Positions 44,070 to 56,389 of a DNA stretch of 64,000 bases are shown here, piece after piece. This DNA comes from the human T2T-CHM13v2.0 reference genome, Homo sapiens: NCBI RefSeq assembly GCF_009914755.1, contig NC_060945.1; one strand, 5' to 3'. A program made the position numbers and the translations under genes. The notes beneath the pieces are model-generated. The model saw only the letters and a program-made list of their open reading frames with translations, made no database searches and was not told the origin of the DNA. How positions within the stretch are numbered: the stretch's first letter is position 1; each line of letters opens with the position of its first letter.

Positions 44070-44715
44070 CCATGTTTATTTTAGTACTATTCACAATAGC
44101 TGAGATATGGAATCAAACTAGGTGCTCAACAGCAGATGAATGGATAAAGAAAATGCATAAAAAAGTACTACTGAGCCATAAAAAAGAATAAAATACTGTC
44201 ATAAATAAAAGAATAAAATACTGTGGCAACATGAATGGAACTGGAGGATGTTATATTAGGTGAATTAAGCCAGGAACAGAAAGTGAAATACCACACGCTC
44301 TGTCATACGTGGAAGTTAAAAAAAAAAAAAAAAGTTGATTTCATAGAAGTAAAAAGTAGAACAGAGGATACCAGAGGCTGGGAAAGATAGAAGGAAAGGA
44401 AGAGATTTGTTAAAGGGTACAAAATTACAGTTAGATAGGAGGAATACATTCTAATATTCTATACCATTGTAAGATGACTATAATTGACAATAATATATTA
44501 CTATATATTATATAGAGTCAAATGGCTAAAACGAGGAATGCATTGAACATTCCCAACATAAAGAAATGACAAATGTTTGATATAATAGGTATGCTAATTA
44601 CCCTAATCTGATTACTATACATTATATGTATTGAAACAATGTTAGGTACCTTCCATGAATAAGCACAATTATTATTATTTGTCAATTTAAAAATTAAAGG
44701 AAAAAAAAGAAAGAA
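44070..44715 (+). mobile_element. L1MA3/4-like 3' end
   Basis: TTACAGTTAGATAGGAGGAATA 3'UTR motif; A tail. Confidence 0.85.
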
Positions 44716-44717
44716 TA

Positions 44718-45025
44718 GGTAAGTGTGGTGGCTCATGTCTGTAATCCCCACGCTTTGAGAGGCCACAGGAGAGGATAGCTTGAGGCTAGCAGTTTAAGAC
44801 CAGTCTGCAACATAGTGAGACCCCATCTCTACAGGAAAATAAATATATTAGCTTGGTGTGATGTTGCATGCCTGTAGTCCCAGTTACTCTGGAGGTTGAG
44901 ATAGGAAGATCGCTTGAGCCCAGGAGTTGAGGCTGGAGTGAACTATGATCGCACCACTGCACTCCAGCTGGGATGGCAGCAAAACCCTGTTTCTAAAAAT
45001 AAAAATCCAGAAGAAAGAAAGAAAA
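44718..45025 (+). mobile_element. AluJ inserted in the L1 tail
   Basis: GATCGCTTGAGCCCAGGAG, AACTATGATCGCACC. Confidence 0.9.
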
Positions 45026-45214
45026 AGTAATTTAATTTTACTTTAGCCAGCGTTTTACAAAATTATGGGATTTCAGATTTTTGTTATTATTTATTTCTTT
45101 ATTATTTGATTGAAGAACTAAGAATTTTAATAGCACTTATTAATATTCTGTGATACAGTTTGGGAAATCTGTTTTGGAGAATAGAGAGTATTTCTTTCAT
45201 ATCTAAGACAAATA

Positions 45215-46598
45215 CAGTCAATTCTTACTATTTGCTGTAATGGGTTCTATAAAGCCACCATGAACACTGAATTAGAAAATACTAAACTACTGCTCCTAGG
45301 GTAATCCAGAGTTATTTTCCCACAAGCCTCTGCCCAAGACATTTTCCTCAACCTAAACACCATTTGTAGTATAAATATTTGTTTGTCAACATCCTCCTAA
45401 AACTAGTCAGTCTCATAAGAATAGAAAACCTGCTCTCCCACCTAATCCTATTTCTGTATCCCACTTAGCAGGTATTCTTAAAATTCTTCCACAGCATCCT
45501 AAGCTGCAGAACCTTTCTCACCTGAAAATTTAACATATTCATGACACATTGCCTTTCAAAATATGTAAACTTCTCAGCATGAGCCACAAAGAGCTTAACA
45601 TTGTCCTGACCCTGGGTTACATGACCATAGTTTTTTGACTTTCAGCCTCACAACAAAGCTGTCCCCTACACATTTTTACTGGTTGTCATCTCATGAGCCC
45701 ACAAATTTAGCCAGTTTTCCATCTTTTCTATAGTTTCATTATGAACTATAAATGTTAACTTTAGCTCTTTCCAGAGTAACCTCTTATCGAGATAAGAAAA
45801 TTTTCTCTTCCTTTTTCTGGATGTACTATGCTGTTGATTCATTAACATTGAACTGACAGCCAAGAGTACTATAACACATGCCTGAATGAAGCCTTTTTAA
45901 CACACATATATTCTCCAGAAGGCACACCTTTTGCACTTAGAAACACTAGATAGCAGTTCAGCATTACATTTGAGGGGCCAATTTAAACAGAGAAATTATC
46001 GACAAAAAGCACAAAAATGTGAAAAACATGACGCTAAAAAAGATCGGGAAAAAGACACTCATTTACTAAAAGCAGGGCTGCAAAGAGGTGGCAGAGCATC
46101 ACCTTTTTCAACATCAGCTGGGAACCTGTGAAACCTGTGGAGTGACTTAATTTTTCTCTCTGTGTGTGTCCACAAATGCCTATGAAAGCACTGCAAGTAT
46201 TGATTTTGGGGTTGCAAATACATTTTAACAAGTAGGCTTCCAGCTTCATCCATGTCCCTACAAAGGACATGAACTCATCCTTTTTCATGGCTGCATAGTA
46301 TTCCATGGTGTATATGTGCCACATTTTCTTAACCCAGTCTATCATTGATCGACATTTGGGTTGGTTCCAAGTCTTTGCTATCGTGGGGTGGGGGGAGTGG
46401 GGAGGGAAAGCATTAGGAGATATACCTAATGTAAATGATGAGTTAATGGGTGCAGTACATGAACATGGCACATGTATACATATGTAACAAACCTGCACGT
46501 TGTGCACATGTACCCTAGAACTTAAAGTATAATAAAATCAATCAATAAATAAAATAAAGTAACAAGTAGGCAAATTCAGGAATAATGAAGATTAACTG
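45215..46598 (-). mobile_element. MER82/Tigger6-like DNA transposon with a transposase N-terminal relic, split by an L1PA
   Basis: TIRs CAGTCAATTCTTACTATT / AATAATGAAGATTAACTG with TA flanks; ORF 45666-45863 (..IEKMENWLNLWAHEM) resembles a Tigger/CENP-B HTH. Confidence 0.8.
46238..46560 (+). mobile_element. L1PA (PA3-5-like) short insertion with a 5' inversion
   Basis: Antisense 46238-46383, then sense 3'UTR and tail; TSD AACAAGTAGGC (46227-46237 / 46561-46571). Confidence 0.93.
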
Positions 46599-47554
46599 TA
46601 TATCGACGACACTGTGTGCAAGAGACTTTTTGAATGGAGGAAGAAGATACTGCCAGTAAGAATATAGACGAAGAGATTGTGACCTCTTTACATGTCTCTG
46701 ATTTCTGTAAAGACTACAAGATCAATATTACACAAGACTAATCTCAGTAGCCTGTATTTGCATGTGTTACAATTGTATGGTCACTTTATAAGGGAATGAC
46801 TTATTAAAGTCCTTGGTTCCTTCAGGGGAGATCTAATAAAGAGAAATAGCTGATGGCTGGACTAATACAATAGCATTATCTGTGATGCTGGTCACTTTCG
46901 TAAAGGGCTGTGTTCATTAAGAGTGGTATCATCAAGACACATCAGGTGGTGTGTAGCCTAATCTAACATTCAGTTTGTCTAAAGCAGAAATCCAGTCACA
47001 GTATAGTTTGGTCATAAAATCTATATATGTACAGAACAATTCAATATTTATTATAAAATCATATAGTTTAAATATGAATGGAAGCTATTTATGAAAAACA
47101 AACTTATGAGTCATATGAATATAAATCATTGGAAATTATACCTGTCAATCTCATATCATCCATCCATAAGATATTTCCCAAAAAGGAATAGATGATGGAT
47201 ACTTACTTTTTGATAAGTCTCAAATATTGTTTCTAAAACATTTTTCAAATCAGTCTCTCATTTTAATCCTGCTACCACTTCCCTGGTATAGACTTTCTTT
47301 AGCCCTATTCTGATCCTATTCAATAGCTTATCACAAGTTGGTAAAAAACCTCCAAGATCGAGCAACACCGGCAGACGGAGCTGGCAGCTGAAGGGCCAGA
47401 GAAAGCCAGCTCTCGCTTGGACAGACACCAACCTGCAAAGACACTTACATGCCTCCGCTTTACATACGGAGAAAGGGGTTTCTGATGGTTAAGGGTCTCT
47501 GAATTTATCTTCTTTATTAAACAAGTTATGATCATATTCCCTAAAATCTAAAAC

Positions 47555-47700
47555 ATTTAATGTTTGGACTTGGGCAACATAGTTAACCTCATTAAGTCTG
47601 GGCTTTTCTCATCTGTAAAGCAAGTATAGTAATATGGACCCAGCCTGCTCTCTGTCCTTTTCTGTGCTTAAAATGGGGAAAGTAAATGTAAAAATCAAGT
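47555..47700 (+). mobile_element. MIR
   Basis: CTTGGGCAA..TTAACCTC..TTCTCATCTGTAAA. Confidence 0.6.
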
Positions 47701-48623
47701 TAATCAGATGAGTTATGGCATGGGATTCACTTGTAGGATTTACATTGGCTTTCAAGTCAGGGCTTTGCAATGTTAATTTTGGCTATTCAAATACTTTTCG
47801 CTCCTCGATTTCAAGCTCCTGGCAGTGCTACATAGAGATTTTTAGATCTCTGTGCCTCAAATATGTGGGATATTAATTATGCTCTGGTCATGCCTGCATG
47901 GAAAGGCAGTTACACTTCAGTGTGCGGCAGTCAAGACCTCTACTTGATAATCAGCGTCAAAAATCAATTCGCATTTGAGATAAATATTTCATGTTTTAAA
48001 TATTTAGAAGAGGTACGTTTATTTATCTTTTTTAAAATAATACCATAAGTGGTAAAGTTTTTTAGTAAACACCTTTGGTTTGTACACTTCTGAACAAAAA
48101 TCATTTTAAACATAATGGAAATTGGATCAGTTTAACTGCAACAAAAGCTTCCTCCTTGTTTGATTTTAAAGGGAATGCATCTCCTTATGCGTTCTGTCCA
48201 ATGCAAGTTTCTTCTCACTCCACCAAGTTTTTGTAACCTTTCATCTCTAATGTTTTCTTCAAAGCAGGAAATTTCTTTAACAAAAGGAGGAACTATTTAG
48301 ATATCGGACAAATTGACCCAGTAGCTGAGAAGTTGCAAAATAGCTTTTGGATGTGATTTTTCATGATTGGCTAGAGAGTGTGTGCCCCTTAAGTGCTTTC
48401 ATATCTGTCTTTCTGAGGAAAGATAAACTGTTCTTTGGCCCAAAGATGAGATAACACTCCTGGTTGTGAACAATAGGCGAGGAGCTCTGGCAGGATTGCT
48501 AAATAATTCTTCAGTAACTTCGAACAGACTCCACAGGCTTGCTTTGATTAGCAGGAAGGATCATGAAGCAGAGTGGAACTATGTGATGATGTGATGTTAG
48601 AACTGGGGAGGCAGAATCTACTC

Positions 48624-48637
48624 TGACCTTTTGACCT
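48624..48637 (-). promoter_or_regulatory. Perfect DR2 nuclear-receptor motif AGGTCAaaAGGTCA
   Basis: Plus strand reads TGACCT TT TGACCT in apparently unique sequence; function untested. Confidence 0.4.
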
Positions 48638-49459
48638 TACACACAGGCAGTCTGGGAGACGGGAAAGAAAAAGCTCTTGGCAAATTTCCTATAATAACTT
48701 ATTTAAAGGCATATCTAATTTTGGCTGTGTTTTTTACTATATTTATTTACTTGGCAAGGCATTGAATTCCATAAAGGCAGAAGTCAGCCAGTCTGCCAGC
48801 ACATTTGACATGATGGATTGTCTGTCTACTGTACAATACTCTGAACATCAGCATTTTGGGGGAGGTTGGGCAGAAGATAAAAAGATCTAGATTTAGTAGT
48901 TATTGTTGCATTGTTACAAGAAAAAGTGGTGCCAGCTCCTAAAGATATAAATAGTAAAGGAATTGAGGCCTGAGGGCCAGGGGTGAAGGGTTGTCTAAGC
49001 TGAAGCCCTGTCAGTGTTGTATTGTAGCTATTTATATGATGAAATTAATCACTTGAAAACAGGTCAAGGTGAAGTCAGAGTGCTTGAAGCAATTGTTTGT
49101 ACTTTATCAAAGACAGGTTTTTCTTCTTCCATCAGTCAACATCCACATGAAAGCCATTGAGATTTGAAAGAAATCTCACCTGTGCCACTAGCTGCTGCTA
49201 GCTAAGTCTCAGGTTTTCCTAGTAGTCTGTAATTCTAGAAATATCAAATAGAAAACAGTGTTACTTAGATAATGATATTTTGGCAGGGTATAAATTTGGA
49301 TCTTCCAAGTATTTCTCTTTCCTTTTTGTGTACCTATTTAGACTGCAGATTTTCAGTGAAAATGCCATATTTGTGTTGATATTGTTGAAATCCTTTTTTA
49401 CCTAAACATAATTGTAATCAACTTTGAATTCTGAAAGGGTTTGTACTATAAATAGGAAA

Positions 49460-50540
49460 AACCTAGATTTCTACATAACATGATACACACCTACACACAC
49501 ACACACACACACACACGTACACTACGTCAATTAAAAACCATAAAATTTCTAGAGAAAATGTAATAGAATATCTTTGTAGCAGGATCTTAGAATGGTATCT
49601 TAAACAAAAATACCAAAAACACAAATGTAAGACAAAAAAGATAATTTTCAATATGCCAAAATGCAGATTTATAGTCTATGAATCATAACATAGACAAAAG
49701 TTAAGAAACAGATGGAAAAATGGAAGAAGATATTTAATTCAGAAAAGAAACGAAAAGAAAGATTATATAAGTCTATAAATCAACAAGAATAAAGATGCTC
49801 CTGAAGAAAAAAAGCAAAAATCATGAAAAAGAAATTAACAGCACATAAAGACACACTCAAAATCACTAGATCATTAGTAATGAGAGAAATGTCAATTAAA
49901 ACAAGGTGTTACTTTGCACCTTTTAAACAAAGATTAGGAAGCTAGAATGTCATGTATTGGTGGAAATTCAAGGACATAGGAGCCCTCAAGCACTGTTAGT
50001 GAAAAATGCTATTTTGGAGAGCAAATCTACTTCTCTCTAGATATGCAGGATAGAAAGGATATAGCCCGCACAGCTCTGCAATTCTCCTGCTGGATACGTG
50101 ACTCAAAGATAGTCTCACACAGGTTCACAGGGTATACTTGTAAGGTGTTCATCGCAGTGTTAGAATTGGGAGGCAACCTGGGAGTCTAACCCTGGGAGAA
50201 TGACCAGGTAAAACGTGATGAATGGACACCATGCAATGTCAATCAGTAGTTATGAACAATGGATTCATTACTCAAAACACTATGATTGAATTTTAAAATA
50301 TAGTTTTTAGTGAAAAAAGCATGAAAATAATAGTATATATGAACACAATACATTTATATAAATTAAAATTTCATGTACACAAAGCATGCATATTTTGCAA
50401 AAGCACTTATACAAAACATGGTGCACATTAAACACGTTACAAAGGAAGTTTATGGAAATTGGAGCCAGGATTGAAGAAAAAAAGGTGAAAGGGACAAAAC
50501 AAATCAATGAATTAATTTTTAAGATATATGAGCAGGAGAA
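49460..50540 (+). mobile_element. L1ME/MD ORF2 3' region and 3'UTR, containing a (CA)n tract
   Basis: TAGAGAAAATGTAATAGAATATCTTTGT, CATTAGTAATGAGAGAAATG, GGAGCCCTCAAGCACTGTTAGTG. Confidence 0.6.
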
Positions 50541-50804
50541 AATGGGGGATGAGCATGAATTCTGGAAGGTTGAATAGAAAATATTCATCTTCCTTTTTGG
50601 TTTGTCATGTTGGCACATTCTTGTACATTGTGGGGCACACAAGACTCCAGCGCAGTTATTACATAAACCAAAAACTCGGCAGGAATTTGTCCTTTGGAAC
50701 ATAGGTACTCTCTTTTCATTTGGTCTTTATGTGTGTCTTTTATTCACATATCCAAACTCAGGGATCAGCCACAGAAGTAAGATGAGATGGATGAATTGTT
50801 GCTA

Positions 50805-51555
50805 TTGTGGAAGAAAGCCACACTGTATTAAATATCTGTAAATTAGTACAACCACTATGAAAAACAGTATGGTTTCCAAAAATATTTAAAACATAACTAC
50901 CACATCATTCAGCAATCCCACTACTGAGTATATATACAAAGGAAAATAAGTCAGTATGTCAAAAAAAATCTGTACACCCGTGCTTATTACAGCACTATTC
51001 ACAATAGCCAAGATATGCAATCAACCTATCCATCAGTGGATAAATGAATAAAGAAAATGTGGTATGTTTATACAATAGAATACTACTCAGCCATAAAAAG
51101 TAGGAAATTCTGTCATTTGTGGCAACATGGATGGAACTAGAAGACCTTACGTTAAGTAAATCAGACACATAAACATGAATACTGCATGTTCTCCCTCATT
51201 TGTTGGAATTACAAATGTTGATCTCAAAGAAGAAAAGAATAGAATAGTGGTTACCAGTGATTACAAAAGGTAAAGGAAGGCTAGGAAGAAGTTGGCTTAC
51301 AGATAAAAAAAATACAGCAAGATAGGAGGAATAAGTTCTAGTGACTAACAGCATTATATGGTGACTATAGTTAACAACAATTTTTTGTATAATTTCAAAT
51401 AAAGGAGAGGATTTTGAGTGTTTCTGGCATGAAGAAATAATACATATTTGAGGTGATGGATATGCTATTACCCCAATTTTATCATTACACATAGTATATA
51501 TGTATTGAAATATCACACCTTACCCCAAAAATATGAACAATTACAGTGTCCATAT
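50805..51555 (+). mobile_element. L1MA4/5-like 3' end
   Basis: CAGCAATCCCACTACTGAGTATATA...GATAGGAGGAATAAGTTCTAGTG. Confidence 0.85.
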
Positions 51556-52090
51556 TTGGACACAATGCAATATTCTTTTCCTGTTGGAAGTGCATCTTCT
51601 TACATGTATGGTTCCTCAGTAATTTTCAAATGCTCCATTAACCAGAGGGCAGTATGTGGCATTTTTCACTTACCAAATATAATTCAGATATCTGAATATC
51701 CTCAATCTTTAAGTGTTCTTGTCCAAAAAGCATCTCACATGTTTTATGCCCTCTGAGTTAAGACAATGTCCAGGTAGATGGAGATCAATGGGGTGTTGGG
51801 GAATTTTGGAAAGCTGTTAGCTCGAGATTGTAGTACCAAGTGGGAGCCTGCAGGTCAGCTACCCTGAACATCCTTGGGGTTCACTCTATTCTCTCATTAA
51901 ACCTAAGCCTGTAATCAAGAGGAAGGAGGGCCACTGTCACATCCTGCATAAAAAATGTAGCTACTAATTTTAGTCCACTTCTGCCTGTTGGAACCTTAAG
52001 ATCAAAGTCCCATAATTGAGAGAAGCAAGATTGTAAATAGATTGTTGTTTTGCTTGCCCAAGGACTGTGAGAACAGTTAAAGAAAGAGAG

Positions 52091-52189
52091 AGAAAAGTAA
52101 GAGAGAATGCTTTCTTTTTTTCTTTTGGAAAAAAGAGGGAGAAAAGAAAGAGAGAATGCTTTCTTTTTTTCCTCTTGGAAAAAAGAGAG
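52091..52189. repeat. ~49-bp imperfect tandem duplication of purine/pyrimidine blocks
   Basis: AGAAAAG.AAGAGAGAATGCTTTCTTTTTT..TTGGAAAAAAGAG.G at 52091 and 52140. Confidence 0.9.
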
Positions 52190-53438
52190 GCTGTTTTTGC
52201 TCTCTTTGAGAATCCTCACGGACTCATTCAAACTAGAATCCTCAAACTCACACTGACTGTGATGAGTTTTCCGGAATGAAAATTATAATACCAGCACGCG
52301 TTCCATATCTTCTTTCTCTTTCCTGCCTCCACCTGCAGCAAGCCCTCAAGTATCTATCAAGCTCCCCTTTCTAACAGATGAACCCGCTGGGCTAACTCTC
52401 CTCTTCTGGTTCCAGGATGGAATCAGTCTTGTCTAACTTCATGCCTGGAATGGCAATAGGTTTCCATTATCTATGTCCCCCTTTTGCTCACCTTTGGCTG
52501 TTATCTAGTCTGGTGTCTGAATTCCTTTTGTCCACATCTTCTTCCCTAGTGACTGCATAGCTTGTCCAGGTTGTTTCTCCCTCACATCAGTTCTTGCAAT
52601 CTTCTGACTTTTATGCAGGTTTTTTTGATCGTCTGTGTTTTTTTTTCTAGGACCTATATGCATCTGCCTGTTACAGAATTTTTCTATGCTCTAGTTTTTC
52701 ACTTGCCAGTGTAGTTTAACCCAATAATTTGTTCAATAGGCACTGAATGCAATTACTCGTGGATTTTCTTCCTCCAACTTCAGCATTTAGAAAAAGATAT
52801 TATTTCAAACCTAGCTCATTATCATGAGGCTTTTCTGCCTTCTTTCTTAAACATTTAATTCTCCCTCCCATGTCCACTCTGGTTTCTAGGTTAACACAGA
52901 CAATGCAATTTCCCACAAAGCCTCTGCTGCAACCTCTTCATTTCTTTCTAGGAATTATTCGTGCCATACTGAGTCCCAACTCTGTTAATTCTGATACCTA
53001 ATCCAGGAAGACATATCCTGGAATAAGTAGTAGATAAACTATGCTTCCGATTTCTCCTTAATCTAGATGATTAAGCGTAGAACTTAATCATTTATAGGAA
53101 TAAAATCCCCCATTTATTTTCCATAAAATAAGAATACAGATGAAAATGAAGAAGAAAAAATAAAGTAAAATTACAATCAGGTCACCAGCTGTTAGAAGTT
53201 AAATTGTGCCCTTCCATTCACCACTGGCAAAAAAAAAAAAAAAAAAAAAAAAATACACACACAAATACACACATATGTATATATTTAATGTGTGTATATA
53301 TAATATATATTTTATATATATATTAAAGATTATATATATTAGAAACCAAATTCCTAGTACCTCAGAATGCAGAGTGTGACCTTATTTGGAAATAGGGTCG
53401 TTGCAAAGGTTATTAGTTAAGATAAAGTCATAACTTGA

Positions 53439-53786
<348 letters not shown>

Positions 53787-53854
53787 TAATACAATATAAC
53801 TGATGTCCTTATACAAAGACAACAATGTGAAGACACACAAACACAGAGAGAACT

Positions 53855-54216
53855 TATGTTAGTTCATTTTCACCCTGCTAATAAAGATACAATCAAGACT
53901 GGGTAATTCATAAGGAAAAAGAAGTTTAATGGATTCACAGTTTCACATGGCTGGGGAGGCTTCACAATCATGGTAGAAGGCAAAGGAGGAAAAAGGCACA
54001 TCTTACATGGTGGCAGGCAAGAGACAGCATGTGCAGGGGAAGTGTCCCTTATAAAACCAGCAGATTTTGTGAGACTTATTCACTGTCACAAGAACAGCAT
54101 GAGAAAAACTCACCCCCATGATTCAGTTACCTCCCACCTGGTCCCTCCCATAACACAAGGGAATTATTACAATTCAAAGTGAGATTTGGGTAGGGACACA
54201 GAGCAAAACCGTATCA
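53855..54216 (-). mobile_element. THE1C-like LTR (3' LTR of the chimeric provirus)
   Basis: TATGTTAGTTCATTTTCAC..ATAAAGA..GGGACACAGAGCAAAACCGTATCA. Confidence 0.92.
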
Positions 54217-55844
54217 TTTCACCTGTGGCTCCTCCAACTCCCAAATCTTATGTCCTCACATTTCAAAACAAATTATGCCTTCCTAGCAGTCCCCCAAAGT
54301 CTTAACTCATTTCAGCATTAACTCAAAAGTCTACAGTCCAAAGTCTCATCTGAGGCAAGGCAAGTCCCTTCTGCCTATGAGCCTGTAAAATCTAAAGCAC
54401 GTTTGTTACTTCTTAGATACAATGGAGGTATGGTAATTGGGTAAATATACACATTGCAAATGGAATAAATAGGCCAAAACGCATGGGCTATAGGCCCCTT
54501 GCAAGACTGAAATCCAGAGAAGCAGTCAAATCTTGAAGCTTCAAAATGATCTCCTTTGACTCCATGTCTCACATCCAGGTCACACTGATGCAAGAAGTGG
54601 GCTCCCACAGCCTTGGGTAGCTCGGGCCCTGTGGCTTTGGAGGTCACAGTCTCCCTCCCACCCAGCTGCTTTCATGGGCTGTCATTGAGTGTCTGTGGCT
54701 TTTCCAAGCACACGGTGGAAGCTGTTGGTGGATCTACCATTCTGGGGTCAGAAGGATGATGGCCCTCATCTCACAGCTCCACTAGGCAGTGCCCTAGTGG
54801 GGACTCTGTGTGTGCGCTTAGACCCCACATTTCCCTTCCACACTGCCCTAACAGAGGCTCTCCATGAGGGTCCTTTCCCGGCAGCAAACTTCTGCTGGAC
54901 ATCCAAGCATTTCTATACATCCTCTGAAATCTAGGCAGAGGTTTCCAAACCTCAATTCGTGACTTCTGTGCACACACAGGCTCAACATCACATGGAAGCT
55001 GCCAAGGCTTGGGGCTTGCACCTTCTGAAGCCATGGGCCAAGTGAACCTTCACTCCTTTTAGCCACAGCTGTAGTGGCTGGGACGCAGGGCACCAAGTCC
55101 CTAGGCTGCACACAGCAGGGGGACCCTGGGCCTGGCCTATGAAACTGTTTTTTCTTCCTAGGCCTCCAGGCCTATGATGGGAGTGGCTGCAGTGAAGCTC
55201 TCTGACATGCCCTGGAGATATTTTCCTGATTGTCTTGGCAATTAACATTTGACTCCTAGTTACTTATGCAAATTTCTGCAGCCAGCTTGAATTTCTCCTC
55301 AGAAAATAAATTTTTCATTTGTCTTGTATCTTCAGGCTGCAAATTTTCCAAAGTTTTATGCTCTGCTTCCCTTTTAAATGTAAGTTCCAACTCCAAACAA
55401 TATCTTTGTAAATACATAAAACCGAATGCTTTTAACAGCACCCAAGTCACCTCTTGAATGCTTTGTTGCTTAGAAATTTCTTCTCCCAGATACCCTAAAT
55501 CATCTTTCTCAGGTTCAAAATTCCACAGATCTCTAGGGCAGGGACAACATAACACCAGTCTCTCTGCTAAAACATAGCAAGAGTCACCTTTATTCCAGTT
55601 CTCAACAAGTTCCTCATCTCCATCTAAAACCACCTCAACCTGGACTTCATTGTTCATGTCACTATCAGCATTTTGGTCAAAGCCATTCAACAAGTCCCTG
55701 GGAAGTTTCAAACTTTCTGACATCTTCCTGTCTTCTTCTGAGCCCTCCAAACTGTTCCAACCTCTGCCTGTTACCCAGTTCCAAAGTTGCTTCCACATTT
55801 CTAGGTATCTTCACAGCAGCACCCCGCTACCCAGTAACAATATC
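54217..55844 (-). mobile_element. THE1-int MaLR internal region, about 1.6 kb
   Basis: PBS-like start at 55844 (minus), MaLR ORF relic, degenerate polypurine tract next to the THE1 LTR. Confidence 0.92.
55256..55798 (-). pseudogene. MaLR (THE1) gag-like ORF remnant, 180 aa
   Basis: GRGWNSLEGSEEDRKM.ESL.LPRDLLNGFDQNADSDM..EVQ.EVV.DGDEELV.NW.KG.SCY is the MaLR internal ORF signature. Confidence 0.85.
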
Positions 55845-56389
55845 TGTATTAGTCAGGGTTCTCTAAAGGGACAGAACTAATAGGATAGAAGAATATATGA
55901 AGAGGAGTTTATTAGGGTGATTGACTCACATGATCACAAGGTGAAGTCCCACAATAGGCCACAAGCTGAGGAGCCAGGAAGCCAGTCCAAGCCTCAAAAC
56001 CTCAAAAGTAGGGAAGCTGATGGTGGAGCCTTCAGTCTGTGGCTGAAGGCCTGAGAGCCCCTGGCAAATCACTGGTGTATGCCCAAGAGTCCAAAAGCTG
56101 AAGAACATGGAGTCTGATGTTCGAGGGCAGGAAGCACCCAGCATGGGACAAAGATGGAGGCCAGAAGACTTAGCTAGTCTAGTCCTTCCACATTCTTCTG
56201 CCAGCTTTTGTTCTGGCCCTCCTGGCAGCCGATTGGATTATGCCCACCCAAATTGAGGGTGGGTCTGCCTCTCCCAGTCCACTAACTCAAGTGTTAATCT
56301 CCTTTGGCAACCCCCTCACAGACACACTCGGGAACAATACCTTGCATTCTTCAGTCCAATTAAGTTGACATTCAATATTAGCCATCACG
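55845..56389 (-). mobile_element. MLT2A2-like HERV-L LTR (5' LTR of the chimeric provirus)
   Basis: TGTATTAGTCAGGGTTCTCTAAAGGGACAGAACTAATAGG...AAGTTGACATTCAATATTAGCCATCAC; 545 bp. Confidence 0.92.

Noticed and set aside
55845-56389. MLT2A as an independent solo LTR inserted beside THE1
   Set aside because: It has no TSD of its own (ATATC vs GAACT), sits exactly at the LTR/PBS boundary, no second THE1 LTR follows, and the TSD is shared with the far THE1 LTR.
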